From Ostrea edulis (Eukaryota), in NCBI RefSeq assembly GCF_947568905.1, contig NC_079166.1:43462001-43526000 (forward strand): 64,000 nt of DNA. Direction: 5' to 3'. Made by a program: the position numbers and the translations under genes. Of this stretch, positions 12,900 through 24,546 are shown in pieces. The notes under the pieces are model-generated. The model had not been told where the DNA came from. It saw nothing but the letters and a program-made list of their open reading frames with translations, and ran no database searches. Numbering within the stretch: position 1 is the stretch's first letter; each line of letters begins with the position of its first letter.

Positions 12900-13202
12900 T
12901 CACTGAGAACTTTCATTTGCGTGATCATGGGTGCCATATTTTTCTGTGTCCATGGAAGACTTTTTGGGCTGTATTGAAGAAGGGATTTGGTATATCAAAG
13001 TAAAATCGTTGACTTTGAGACTAGGATTCGGACAATGGAAAACTCAAACAATCGGCGACAACAGGAAGTGCTTAGAATACAATACGGCTCTAATAGTTTC
13101 TCCACCACTACCCAGCAACAACAAGAAGGAACTAAAGTACAAATGGGTTATGACGGCTACCCTTCCCCGGCGGCTCCGCCCCCGCCATATCCAAAGTGGT
13201 GA
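12900..13202 (+). pseudogene. MS4A-like paralog 3, last-exon fragment with an in-frame TGA
   Basis: MGAIFFCVHGRLFGLY*RRDLVYQSKIVDFETRIRTMENSN aligns to VGCIFFCVYRKLLGLYRPVDMLYQKRINDLESRIRTLENPN of paralog 2; ends PPPPYPKW*. Confidence 0.65.
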
Positions 13203-13831
13203 TTGTCTGGGTGTCTTAGATTTTCAAGTTCATGTAATTGTGATAACTTCATCGGTAAATTTACATTACACGACGGATACTCTATAATGAATGTTATGAA
13301 CTCATTTTATGTATTTCTTAAAAAATATTTCTTTAAACATTCATGATATTCTTATAACATTTGTGTAAAGACCCTTCGTTACATTAATTTTTCATTCATA
13401 ACAAATGATCTTATTGTTTCACCATGGTATTTCATAGACTTATCACTGTATAGAAAAAACCCAGTTAGAACGGAAAATAGAACATTTTAAACTCTGAAAT
13501 ACTGTAATTTATCCATTGAAATAAACATTTATATTTTCACAGAACTTTGTTGTATCTTTTGGATCTTTCTTAAGGTACTAGTATATCTTCTGCGCAATAT
13601 TGTTGTGAAGATCGATAAAGAGGCAGCTATAAAGAGGGAACGAAATCCCCAAGAAAACGCAATAAACAGAAATTCATTGATTTGTTGAATATATAAAATT
13701 CATTTCACTTGTTAGACAGGATTTCTTATTTAAGATTTTCACTCATGCTTCATACTCGTAATAATGTCTCACGAGTGAAAAACTCCTATCTAACAAGAAA
13801 ACATTGAACATCCTCTCTCTATAAGAAGAAT

Positions 13832-14394
13832 CACAGATTTATAAAAACATACCGGTAATTATATGTAGCATACTGCTGGTCACAGATTTATAAAAACATA
13901 ATTATATGTAACATACTACTGGTCACAGATTTATAAAAACATAATTATATGTAACATACTACTGGTCACAGATTTATAAAAACATAATTATATGTAGCAT
14001 ACTGCTGGTCACAGATTGATAAAAACATAATTATATGTAACATACTACTGGTCACAGATTTATAAAAACATAATTATATGTAGCATACTGCTGGTCACAG
14101 ATTGATAAAAAAAACATAATTACATGTGGCATACTACTGGTCACAGATTTATAAAAACATAATTATATGTAACATACTACTGGTCACAGATTTATAAAAA
14201 CATAATTATATGTAGCATACTGCTGGTCACAGATTTATAAAAACATAATTATATGTAACATACTACTGGTCACAGATTTATAAAAACATAATTATATGTA
14301 ACATACTACTGGTCACAGATTTATAAAAACATAATTATATGTAGCATACTGCTGGTCACAGAGTTATAAAAACATAATTATATATACTACTGGT
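13832..14394 (+). repeat. 43-bp minisatellite (tcacagatttataaaaacataattatatgtaacatactactgg), about 13 copies
   Basis: Directly visible; two sequence variants interleaved. Confidence 0.95.
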
Positions 14395-14802
14395 CAATTC
14401 AGTGTTTGATTCATGCAATAGTTACAGGTCTGACAGTAAAGAAAATAGAGTAACATTACTGATGATACCAATACCTTGATCATGATACGCAATTTACCTG
14501 TAACCTCTAACCTTTAAGTAAAAATGTTTTATCCCTGCATCAGCTACATTTAAAATAGAGTTGAGATCTTTTGGGGAATTTTTCACTTGAATATAGAATA
14601 AAGCATGTCAGCTAGCTTATTTGATTTATGTTAAATTTAACATTTAAAATCAAATTGTTAATGCATCCTATATACTAGCAAGCCTTGTATCACTAGTGTG
14701 CGTGTATTTCTTAAAATATCCTTTGCATCGTTGTTACGTTCATTTAAATAGCAGGCCTCCTAATTTGCATTCTATTGACACGTCGACAATTGAAGTTTAA
14801 AA

Positions 14803-16371
14803 ATGGCGGACGGGGTAAGAAAGTCGGTGTACATTTGCCGGGTACATTTGACAGACCTTCTTCCTTTGTATTGTAGGAATTGTGACTGTCCCATTTGTTG
14901 TGTTTGTGTCGTGAAAAATCACAAAGGACATAATATATGTAATGTATCAGAATGTGTGGAAAAGAAAGCAGACGAGCTGAACGACGCTATTCAACAAAAG
15001 GACTCGGCGTGTTTTGATGTGAAGCTGATTGAAGAAAATCTTAGGAAAAGACAAGAAAGCCTCCAGTTCCAGACTGAGAGCATAATTCGAAGCGTGGAAG
15101 ACAGAGAGAGGGAAATCGTGGCTGAAGTGAGAAACGTATGCAGACAGACGATTGAACGTGTAGGAAATCTCACCACTGAAGTAGAAGGTCGAATTCGGCA
15201 AGATGAGGACGTTCTGCATCGGTTTTTAAACACTGAATTGTTTCGAAATGTTAATGATGATGATTGTATAAAAAGCGTTTATTTTTACAATGAGTTAAAA
15301 AGACTCGTTCGTGAACACAAACGAAACATGGAGGATGGGATACCTTTTCAATTTGTGGCTCCTATACTATCGTCAGAACATTTGTGTGAATTGTTTGGGT
15401 GTGTACTGACAGATGATCATGTATCATCGGACGCGACTGTGGGCGAAGATGATTGCGGAAACCACATACATGCTGATGTAAACAATGCAATGGACACTGA
15501 AAGTTCCAGTTCAATTAGCAAAGAAGAATTTTTGGAATGTCAAATTTATGATTATAGGAAAAGACTGATGAAAACAGGAATTGAAGGCGTCATTCCCATA
15601 TCGTCCGATAGAAGCATCCTTTACAGCGGTGGAAGTCTGTACCACTACAACCGCAACAGTGTACACAAAATTGTAGAGGAAGTTGGCCATTTCACGTACG
15701 TGCCTGAAACGGACGAAGTTGCTTTTATTCTGAAGGGTCAAAAGAAAGTGTTTAGGCAACCATCAAATGCATCCCAACGGCGATCATTGTTGGTAACCCT
15801 GCACTGTGAAAAAGTTTTGTGTATAGGGCATGATTACGAGAATTACATAACACTCGTGATTTCATTGAAAGAAAAAGAAAGTTTTGGTTTTCAGACTAAT
15901 TACTACGTTTGCAACGTAAATGACAGTGGTTGTGTTCCAACAAAACAAAACGTCTACATATATGGAAAGACTTGTCGCTTAAAATTACAGGCGTTCTCGC
16001 TTGTCCAGATACAGGAGGACAAGATTTCTGTCCACAAGGGTTATTCTGGCAGACGTTTGTTTTCTTATTCTGGCTGTGTTGGAAATGAACCCTCATCAAC
16101 TTTCAAACCATCAGACGTGTGCACAGACACTAAAAATAACTTCTTGGTTATTGATTCCTACGATAACACAGTGCACCTTCTGAATCCAAAAGGAAAACCA
16201 CTACGTGTCATCATGCTTGCCGAGGACGGACTATGTGGAGTTAACTGTATTGCTATGGATGAATTTGATTGGTTGTGGTTGGGATGTAAAGACGGTGCTC
16301 TTCATTTCGCAAATTATCAGTATTTCAAAACCACGACAAGAAAAGAAAGGCATTTGATGAAACAAAATTGA
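14803..16371 (+). CDS. Intronless TRIM-like protein: B-box zinc finger, coiled coil, C-terminal NHL/beta-propeller repeats (522 aa)
   Basis: B-box CRVH...LYCRNCDCPICCVCVVKNHKGH; helical segment about aa 55-130; NHL-type FKPSDVCTDTKNNFLVIDSYDNTVHLLNPKG and GVNCIAMDEFDWLWLG. AAAATGG start context. Confidence 0.85.
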   Translation: MADGVRKSVYICRVHLTDLLPLYCRNCDCPICCVCVVKNHKGHNICNVSECVEKKADELNDAIQQKDSACFDVKLIEENLRKRQESLQFQTESIIRSVEDREREIVAEVRNVCRQTIERVGNLTTEVEGRIRQDEDVLHRFLNTELFRNVNDDDCIKSVYFYNELKRLVREHKRNMEDGIPFQFVAPILSSEHLCELFGCVLTDDHVSSDATVGEDDCGNHIHADVNNAMDTESSSSISKEEFLECQIYDYRKRLMKTGIEGVIPISSDRSILYSGGSLYHYNRNSVHKIVEEVGHFTYVPETDEVAFILKGQKKVFRQPSNASQRRSLLVTLHCEKVLCIGHDYENYITLVISLKEKESFGFQTNYYVCNVNDSGCVPTKQNVYIYGKTCRLKLQAFSLVQIQEDKISVHKGYSGRRLFSYSGCVGNEPSSTFKPSDVCTDTKNNFLVIDSYDNTVHLLNPKGKPLRVIMLAEDGLCGVNCIAMDEFDWLWLGCKDGALHFANYQYFKTTTRKERHLMKQN

Positions 16372-16744
16372 ATTTAATTACATGGTTTGATTCAAACTAA
16401 TGCTGTAACGGTATTCGTGGTTGGTTGTTTTACGTTCCGTTGAGATTTCGTGGATGTGAGTTATAGGACAATGTAATTATATACATAGGACTTATTTCAT
16501 CCATTGATATTTTAGGTTACATTAATTTCACATTTTTAACTATTTAAATTATCTTACCTTGGAAATAAAAGATAAGTATAGTATGTCAAAATAATATTCT
16601 GAAAATATTCGTAATGAATGATGGAGAGATAAAGGAACGAAAATCCCAGAAAATTGTCATAGATTGTTATAATCATACCTTAGATAAATTGACATTTAGG
16701 TTAGGCTTTAGTAGATATATATTGATATGGGTCAAAACAGTGTG

Positions 16745-16870
16745 CAACCGAAATCACTACGAACAGTGATCAATCTCGTAACGCTCATAAAGAATGCAAA
16801 ATTGAGAGTAGGGCAAACACGGACCTCTGGACACACCAGAGGTGGGATCAGGTGCCTAGGAGGAGTAATT
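16745..16870 (-). mobile_element. Penelope-like terminal repeat fragment
   Basis: gggcaaacacggacctctggacacaccagaggtgggatcaggtgcctaggaggagta, matching 19855-19991 and 23385-23545. Confidence 0.8.
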
Positions 16871-16947
16871 ATTTTCACAACAAATTCTCTCTAGAATCTT
16901 CATGAAATGTTGCTACAAGATTTCCATTGTGGATACCAGTATACATG

Positions 16948-17075
16948 TGTAACAGGAAGGGAGAAAATGCAACGAACCAGACCGGGATTAGAAACCAGGC
17001 CCCCTGAATCTCTAGTTAGGTGCTCTACCAACTGAGCTATCTGGCCACCGGCGATCGAACTAAGCTGACCAGTAT
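16948..17075 (-). mobile_element. tRNA-derived repeat (pseudo-tRNA at 16977-17049), possibly a solo LTR of a tRNA-containing TRIM
   Basis: Minus strand has an intact A box (tagctcagttggtagagc), a mutated B box (gtttctaatc) and an 8-nt anticodon loop. The unit starts tgtaac on the plus strand. Confidence 0.6.
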
Positions 17076-17149
17076 GCATGTTGAGAGAGTGCAAAATTCC
17101 AAATACAGACTGATCTTAGCTTAGAGCTCACGACCATAGCAATGAAGGT

Positions 17150-17275
17150 TCTTTTACGTGCCAACGCCAGCCGCGACACGGGACCTCCGATTTAAGGTCA
17201 TATCCGAAAGACCCCAAATTCTCACTTCAAAATGCCAAGCGTTTGGCGAAGGAAAAATCGCTTCCTATGTTTACG
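17150..17275 (-). mobile_element. SINE fragment of a family related to 6529-6790 and 53550-53880
   Basis: gccgcgacacgggacctccgatttaaggtcatatccgaaagacc is the reverse-complement counterpart of aaaacggaggtcccgtgtcgcggc at about 53615. Confidence 0.55.
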
Positions 17276-19149
17276 TCATAAGTTTGACCTCCATGACACG
17301 AACATGGCTCAAACTCATGAACTCCCATATTAGTAAGAAATTTTTGGAAATACATGAGGGTACGATCTGTGACGCTTTGCGGTAGCATACCTCATGAAGC
17401 GCGTTTCCTGAAAGTATGTTGGTGTTAAGCATTGCTGTTCATACCCTCATGTATTTTCAAAAATGAAATTTATTTCTTATATTCTCATGTACTTCTGTTC
17501 ATTCGCTGCAGTGAATATAACCCAACCTTTCCTGAGCCGTAAAGGAATGTTACATGGGTGTCGATTTGCCAGTTAGGACTTGTATAAGTAGAGTACTGAT
17601 ACTGTACACTATATGCCCATTACAAGCCTAAACAGGGCGTATTTCTTAAGGCATAAGTTGTAGTTGTAGAACTTTACTAAAGGTAGTATAAATCATTATA
17701 AGCTGCGACGTACTTTCTTTTGTATCCAATGAATATAAGGTCTTAAAATCTGTGACAGAAAATAAAAAAACAAATCAAGAGCTCTATATGTAAATTATTT
17801 TTAAGAAATTGACTTTCAACCACCTGCAATTTTTTCAAAAATGAAAGATTCTTATAAAAATCCTTGCAATACACCCATCTTTAGGTTGTTTACAAAGGTC
17901 ATGGCTTGAAAACTTCGAGAGGAGCGAGACAAATCAATCATGTACTCACTGTACTCTTCAAAACTGACAAAGTTCAGCTCCTCATATTTTTCAAAAACAT
18001 TGAAGAAAATCAAAATGCCACACGCATATCTGCAATACTCATACAGACACTCTGTAAAATACTTGAAAACTATGTGAGGAGTAAGACGGACATATTATGT
18101 ACTCTCTATGTAAAATTTCTTCCTAAGTGACTATGTTCAACAATCTGCAATTTTCCTCCGTCAAGGGAGGTCGAAATGAATCAAAATTGCCACATAATCT
18201 AGCGTGTCTCACAAAAAAAGCTACACAGCAGGTTTCATCTTGATACGTAACAGGGAAATAAAAATAGTAACAGTTAACGGACGGGTATGCGAACATTACT
18301 GTACCATAATACGTCCGGTCTAAAGACAGGAGTATAAAACCGTCAAGATGGTGTATAAGGTGAAGAAAAAACCCGACACTGGGTGTACAGTGTACAGTGG
18401 GTGTACAAGTCACTTCTAAACTAAAATTGATCGAGAGCGTTTGTGTACCAAAAGTGGGAATAAAACAATCTTTTATTTGAAGCATGAATATATTGAAGGA
18501 GAGAATAGGATAGTAGAGGAAGGAGAGAAATAAAGGCGCAGTAGGAAGAACAAGTGCGAAGGGGCTGGAGGAGATGGGGGAAAGTTCACACCCTTCCCGT
18601 GGCAATCGAACGACAATTAAAAAGCAAACTTCTGACGTAAGTATAACAATCTCTCCATGCCTCGCCTACACAGCTTTCGTGATCAGGACAGAGTCCAACA
18701 TCCTTCGCGCAATTCCAATGGCTCACTGCAAAACATCTTTCGCGTAAGAGGCACGAGGAGCTTTGAATAACCTAGAGGATCTCTCCTTATTACAATACAA
18801 ATCTTATCGTCCTCGACATTCACTGCATTCAAACAAAATTCATCAACAGCAGCCACTCAGTTTGTGCCTCCGTCTGAACAAAGGAATTTGACTGGTGTAC
18901 ATCGATCTGTAGAGCGTCGTAGAGTGTTTTTGAAGCAAAGGCTTGACTCCCACCCCCTTAAAGATAAAACGAAGTTTAAATCATTAATCACATGTAGACT
19001 AAGGTGTTATATTATTGGGATTCCGAATGAAAATTAAACTTTGTGAATAGCTTCTGCTCTGCTGCACTCATAATAAAACAAAGTGATTGAGGAAAGGTTT
19101 ATCAAACAAAACTTTCTCGGACTGTAAATATTTTGACTGTGTCCTCTCC

Positions 19150-19650
19150 CCGGGACTGCTGTAAGAATGGGCTATGCTGTAAGTATTTCAACAATGTTAT
19201 TTGCTATCCTATACATCATAGCAGCCTTCGCTTCTGCTCTCTGCTCCTTAAGTGTTCTCCACTGGAGATGGTTCAGCATTAATGTTACGCTGCTCGTCCT
19301 GTGACAGTCACTCATAACAAATCTGGAAGACCCCCTTTGTAACATCTCCACCTGGTCATGTCTGCTGTATAAGGATCCTATATATACTTCCATACTCCAT
19401 TATAGGTCTTACTAATGTGGTATATCACATCTCTGCTGTGTATGGATCCTATATATACCGTACTTCCATACTCCATTATAGGTCTTACTAATATGGTATA
19501 TCACAACTCCTTGGTCAACCTCGGAAAGGAGTTGATGTTACGCTGCTAGAAAGTCCGAGTGTTGTTGACTTTCTTTATGACCAGGTCGATATGGTATTTC
19601 TAACTCTGCTCTTGGTGTGTATGGTAACCCCTAGGTATTTAATTCGCCTC
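19150..19650 (-). mobile_element. CR1/L2-type LINE, RT C-terminal remnant
   Basis: YTTLVRPIMEYGS..DPYT (tandemly duplicated at about 19375-19510) and QRGSSRFV..CHRTSSVT.ML..LQW.TL..R...K..MMYRI.N.IVEI. Confidence 0.75.
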
Positions 19651-19854
19651 GTCTACCTTTTCTAGTCTATGCCAATGGATGGTATATGGTACATGTATCT
19701 TAATGGGAGTCTTGCGGGATGTTATGGAGGATTTTGGCACTTCTGGAGGTGGAGCCAATTCTTCTGCCATTGTTGAAGAGCATCCAGGTCTTGTTGGAGC
19801 CATACGGATGCAATGATAATGCATACAACGTAGGAAATACAGGATATAACGTGA

Positions 19855-21523
19855 ATGCAAGGTGAAGATAACGAACAGTGATCAATCTCATAACTCCTAC
19901 AAGCAATACAAAATAGATAGTTGGGCAAACACGGACCCCTGGACACACCAGAGGTGGGATCAGGTGCCTAGGAGAAGTAAGCATCCCCTGTGAATGTGAT
20001 GGGACGTAAACACAGAGCAAGAGTTTATTATTCCTGACGAAACATCAATAATATAATAATATAAGAGACCAAGTATATACGATGTCACGCTTGATTCACT
20101 TTTACCTTACGCCAACATACAAGTAGGTCCATATCATATTCTCACAAAACTTTACTCTGTTCCATTGAGAGTTTTACATACGTTATTTCAAGAAGCCAAA
20201 GCTAGTTCATACTTGGATTTTTCAACACCAGAAATATAGACTGAACTCTATGATCATGAATGTTGCCCGGACTCAGACTTTTCAAACCAAAGCTGGTTAA
20301 GGATGATATTCCTTCCGAAACATGTCGTCAGTTCCTTAAACTCAAATTTACTAACAAAGTAATAGATGACGTCAACAGAAGCGACATTCTTCGTTATAAA
20401 AAGGTTCAGACTTGTATTCCAAAATCTTTCAAGTTCAAGTCTACACCCTGTATTTTCTACAAATATACTTCTACTATTACATCCAAAACTTTTGATTACA
20501 AACTTTGCAGTGCCTAGATTAGACCGTCTTATACTTAATCTACCTACGTGTTCTTGATCTTCGTTTTCTTTCTTTCATCCAAAAATACACTTTATCAAAC
20601 ACTACTCTGATTCCACGCACAAGTACTCTTAAGTTGAAATAAAAATATGCTCGAGTTCCTCATTGAAAATATCTTTGTAGTCTTTAGTGATAAGGTCTTC
20701 CAACAATCTGTTGGAATTCCCATGGGCATGAATGTTGCTTCTTTGCTAGCTGACCTGTTATATTCTTATGAAGCATAGTTTATTCAATAGCTTCTACATG
20801 AGAAGAACAAAATATATTGCTGTGGCCTTCATCAACTCAACATTTAGATATATGGACGACGTTTTATCTATTAACAATAATCATTTTCATTCATATGTCG
20901 ATTCGATATATCCCTGTGAACTCGATATCAAAGACACCAAAGAATCTTCCACATCTGCTTCGTACTTAGATATTTCATTGAAAATAGATATTAACGGCAA
21001 ACTAACAACTCAACTTTATGACAAACGGGATGACTTCAGCTTCTCCATCGTCAACTCCCCATATTTATGTAGCAATAATCCATTATCATCTGCATATGGT
21101 GTTTATATCTCTCAACAGATTTGATACGCAAGAGCTTGTTCTGCTTATGATAAGTTTTAAATCAAGGCAGGCTACTGACAAACAAGTTGATGTTACAGGG
21201 GTTTGAACAGTCTCGTTTAAAATAGTATTTTGCAAATTCTATGGTCGTTAGCCAAAATTATCTATCTTTGGGTCAAATGCTATCTGCTGTGTTTCATACC
21301 GATTGTTAAGCCGTTCTTGGTACACTAATTCTGACTACGGATTACTCCGTTTACCTGAACAAGATATATGACTCACGGCGGGTGTGACTGGTCGACAGGA
21401 GATGCTTATTCATCCTAGGGACCTGATCCCACCTCTGGTATGTCAGTATGTCCATGGGTCCGTGTTTCCCCAACTCTTTGTTTTGTATTCCTTATAAGAA
21501 TTATAAAATTTGTTATCTTCACC
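19855..21523 (+). mobile_element. Degenerate Penelope-like retroelement (likely Naiad-type), with an inverted copy of its 3' terminal repeat at the 5' side
   Basis: RT motifs QSVGIPMG.N.A.LLADL, FRYMDDVLSINN, LYDKRDDFSFSIVN.PYL.SN.PLS.AYGVYISQ. RT ends at TAA 21307-21309 with no C-terminal GIY-YIG, and a C-S-(TGA) linker lies upstream. Many stops and frameshifts. 19855-19991 is the reverse complement of 21395-21523. Confidence 0.85.
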
Positions 21524-21529
21524 CAGAAG

Positions 21530-23040
21530 ATGTTATTCCGTCCTAGGCTTTCAAGGGGGCTACCCCACTATTCTCCTTACGTTTACTGGTGATGTACTTC
21601 CAGAAGCGTTTCGGGTTTGATGAGCTATCCAGGGAAATAATGTCAGTAAGCTACACGTTATTACAAGCTGAAATTGATGTAGAATTTTTTCTTCTTTCAA
21701 ATGTTGGTATCGTAGCCTATCCTAAGTGTCTTTGACGACCCTATCCTCTTATGTGCTCGTCTCTTCCTTCTACTCAGCTGTTCTCTCACAATCCAGGGCT
21801 GGTTAAAATTTTAGATGGTACATGGTTATCCATAGTGTTGCTGAGATTGGACTTGTAGGAAGACCAATTGTCATTTACATAAACTGTGCTTCGAAATTAC
21901 GAAGGTCATCATCTATTCTGTGTCTTCGCTGGTTTATTTCTGATTGCACATGTGACTCTATGTATACAATGCTATGATCCCCAATTCCAGGTAAGGGTGT
22001 TATGCGATTGACCCAGCTCGGGTGGTTGTTTAAAAATAGGTCACGGGTATTCTCTTGTCTGACTGGGAAGTCTACAGGCTGATCTAAGTTGATGTCGTTC
22101 ATCATCTAAAAAAATGTATATTGATAGCCAGAGGGCTTTCACTACCATAAACCGATGCTGTAGCCCAATCAAAGTCTGGCAGATTTACCATCCTCCTTAT
22201 ATACGTTTTGTAGTAGACCCATAATGTTACAGATGTTTTTCGGGTGGTCTTCCCTGCTGTTCAAAGGTCGAACCTACAATCAGTCATTGACGTTTACTCA
22301 GAGAAATGTTGGCAGATACGGCCCCGCAGTTGAATTCTGATTGGGAGTCTACACTGTAGTCAATCTTAATACCAATTTAAGGAATGCTTCGAAGTTTGTA
22401 TTGATTCTTACATATCTGTCCTTTCCTAGTACTTCATAGTTTGGTGGGGAAAACTCACCACTGAAGATGTTTCCTTTGAAAGAAGTCTCTGTGTCAAATG
22501 ATATCAGGATCACAAAGCTCCAGATAATTTTTACCACAAAGAGTATTTACCCCCTGATTTGCAAATCAATGAGTATTTTGCTTTTCAGAAAAAGTCAAAA
22601 GAGTATATTGTTAATTTACTGATTATCTTTGCTGTTTGCCACTAATACATGTAAAGTGTATTTACATTCGCGAATTGTAGCCTGATTTTATCATATTTTT
22701 CAGTTGGAGTTGGTACTTTTTGGTGGTGGAAATAAAAGATGTGGTGGTAATCAGTGATCCCGGGCTTTTTGTAAGGTATCAACAACACTTGAGTCAAGTG
22801 ACAAAACAGAGTTATGCAAGTTGACTATATAGGATTCGAATAAGCTGGTATGAAAGTTTGGAATATCAGTCCATGCATTGCCATAGCATGTCATTGAGAG
22901 CCATGTAAACTGGAGTGGACGTGTATACAATCAGCAGGGCAGCATTTCTAGCAGTCATCACAGGCGACTTCTCCCTATGTTCCCCAGTGACTGTGGCAGA
23001 TCTGACAGACTTGGGTGTGCAGGGGTCTGGCTTCGTTATC
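21530..23040 (-). mobile_element. CR1/L2-type LINE 5' half: PHD-finger remnant and AP endonuclease, degraded
   Basis: VACDDC..C.ADC...STPVYMALNDMLWQC (PHD); DTETSF...IFSGEFSPPNYEVLGKDR and DLFLNNHPSWVNR...LPGIGDHSIV (APE); NPKRFWKYITSKRKENSGVAPLK. Confidence 0.7.
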
Positions 23041-23384
23041 TGATTAATTGAGTATAATGTAAAGAACTGCATGGATTTTGCCTCTTTTACTAATTACGTA
23101 AATTACTAATAATGATTTACGAATTATGAAAATACGCATTGTCAAAAAAGATTCTGGAATGCAATTATTGAAAAACAATTATCGATATCAGATCTTTTCT
23201 AATCACTCCAATCATAGAGTATCTGAGCAATTAGAAAAGATCTGATGATTTTAATTAGATTGACTTAGAAATTCTCATCATTCTACCATTAGTACTACAA
23301 CACATGGGTTTCCCCATGTCAATTAATAGATTGGATCAAACTAATAGTCCAAAATGCAATGCAGATGTGTATCTCGGAAATCTT

Positions 23385-23545
23385 ACACGGCGGGTGTGAC
23401 CGGTCAACAGGGGATGCTTACTCCTCCTAGGCACTTGATCCCACCTCTGGTGTGTCCAGGGGTCCATGTTTGCCCAACTATCTATTTTGTATTGCTTATA
23501 GGAGTTATGAGATTGATCACTGTTCGTTATCTTCACCTTACATCC
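23385..23545 (+). mobile_element. Penelope-like 3' terminal repeat, solo
   Basis: cacggcgggtgtgaccggtcaacaggggatgcttactcctcctaggcac...gttatcttcacct. Confidence 0.85.
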
Positions 23546-24546
23546 ACGTCATTTTCATGAACAGCCTGAATGGATCCAACAGCTATCATTCAAAAACAAT
23601 ATTCCACCACATCCGAAATTTTCCGTTTTCATTGCTGTACAGATGATTGCATGTCATAGTCAAAACTACTTTAGATTAAATTTTAATCATCACAAGGAAC
23701 TCTTATTTCTGCATCATTCAAATTTTTATTTGAAATGGCTATTCACAAAAGCAGTTGACACATAATTTAACATATTTTTGTGCTGTTCAGCACAAACTCT
23801 TAACTGAATAGGCTCCAACAATACATGATCGTATATAAAATATCACAGTCAACCATTAGCATCTATATATCACAATAATCAAACCATTGCATACAAACAA
23901 ATCAAAGCCGATGTAGCTATAGGGTGAATCTACAGGTCAATGGCTCTACCTGAGATGGTAATCTTAAAAGTTAACAATTTTTCAGAAAAGACATTTTTCT
24001 TTCAGAAGTAAGTAATTTGCATACACATTACAAATACAATTTCTGTAGAGTTATGAACTTGATACAAACTGAACACAGACATAAATACAAAGTACCGTAA
24101 ATCACTATTAATTTGCATGAACTTTACATTGGTGTAAATTAACAAAGTCCTCTTGAGGCAAAAATAGAATACTGTTTAATTTTGTATGCATACATAACAT
24201 TGAACAAATTGAATGTTCGTGAAAATTAAATAGCAAAACATAAGTGATTTACAGTATGTCAACATCGAAAACAAATAGATATTAATGTGATTCATGATCT
24301 TCAACAAAGTGGTAACAAAATATTTTCTTAGTTCAACCATTAACAGACTCCACATATATACTAAAGTAAAAATTTCAGGTATTTTTTTTTTTTGTCTCCA
24401 TCATACAGAAATGTAAATGCATAATAAAAATACAAGACAGTAATACTGATGATACAGAAATATAAAATCGCACTGACTTATGACATGAGCAAATTCGTTA
24501 AGAATAACAATTAGTGTAATAAAGTTAGTGTCGGGATATAGCACAA

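Noticed and set aside
10816-14394. CRISPR-like arrays (44-bp and 43-bp repeats; also the 24-bp and 49-bp repeats)
   Set aside because: Units are contiguous with no unique spacers, there are no cas genes, and the context is eukaryotic.
16977-17049. Functional tRNA gene
   Set aside because: 8-nt anticodon loop, mismatch in the anticodon stem and a mutated B box/T loop (gtttctaatc); treated as a tRNA-derived repeat.
18123-18605. 160-aa minus-strand ORF
   Set aside because: No recognisable motif, splice context or codon pattern; probably a chance ORF in repeat-derived DNA.
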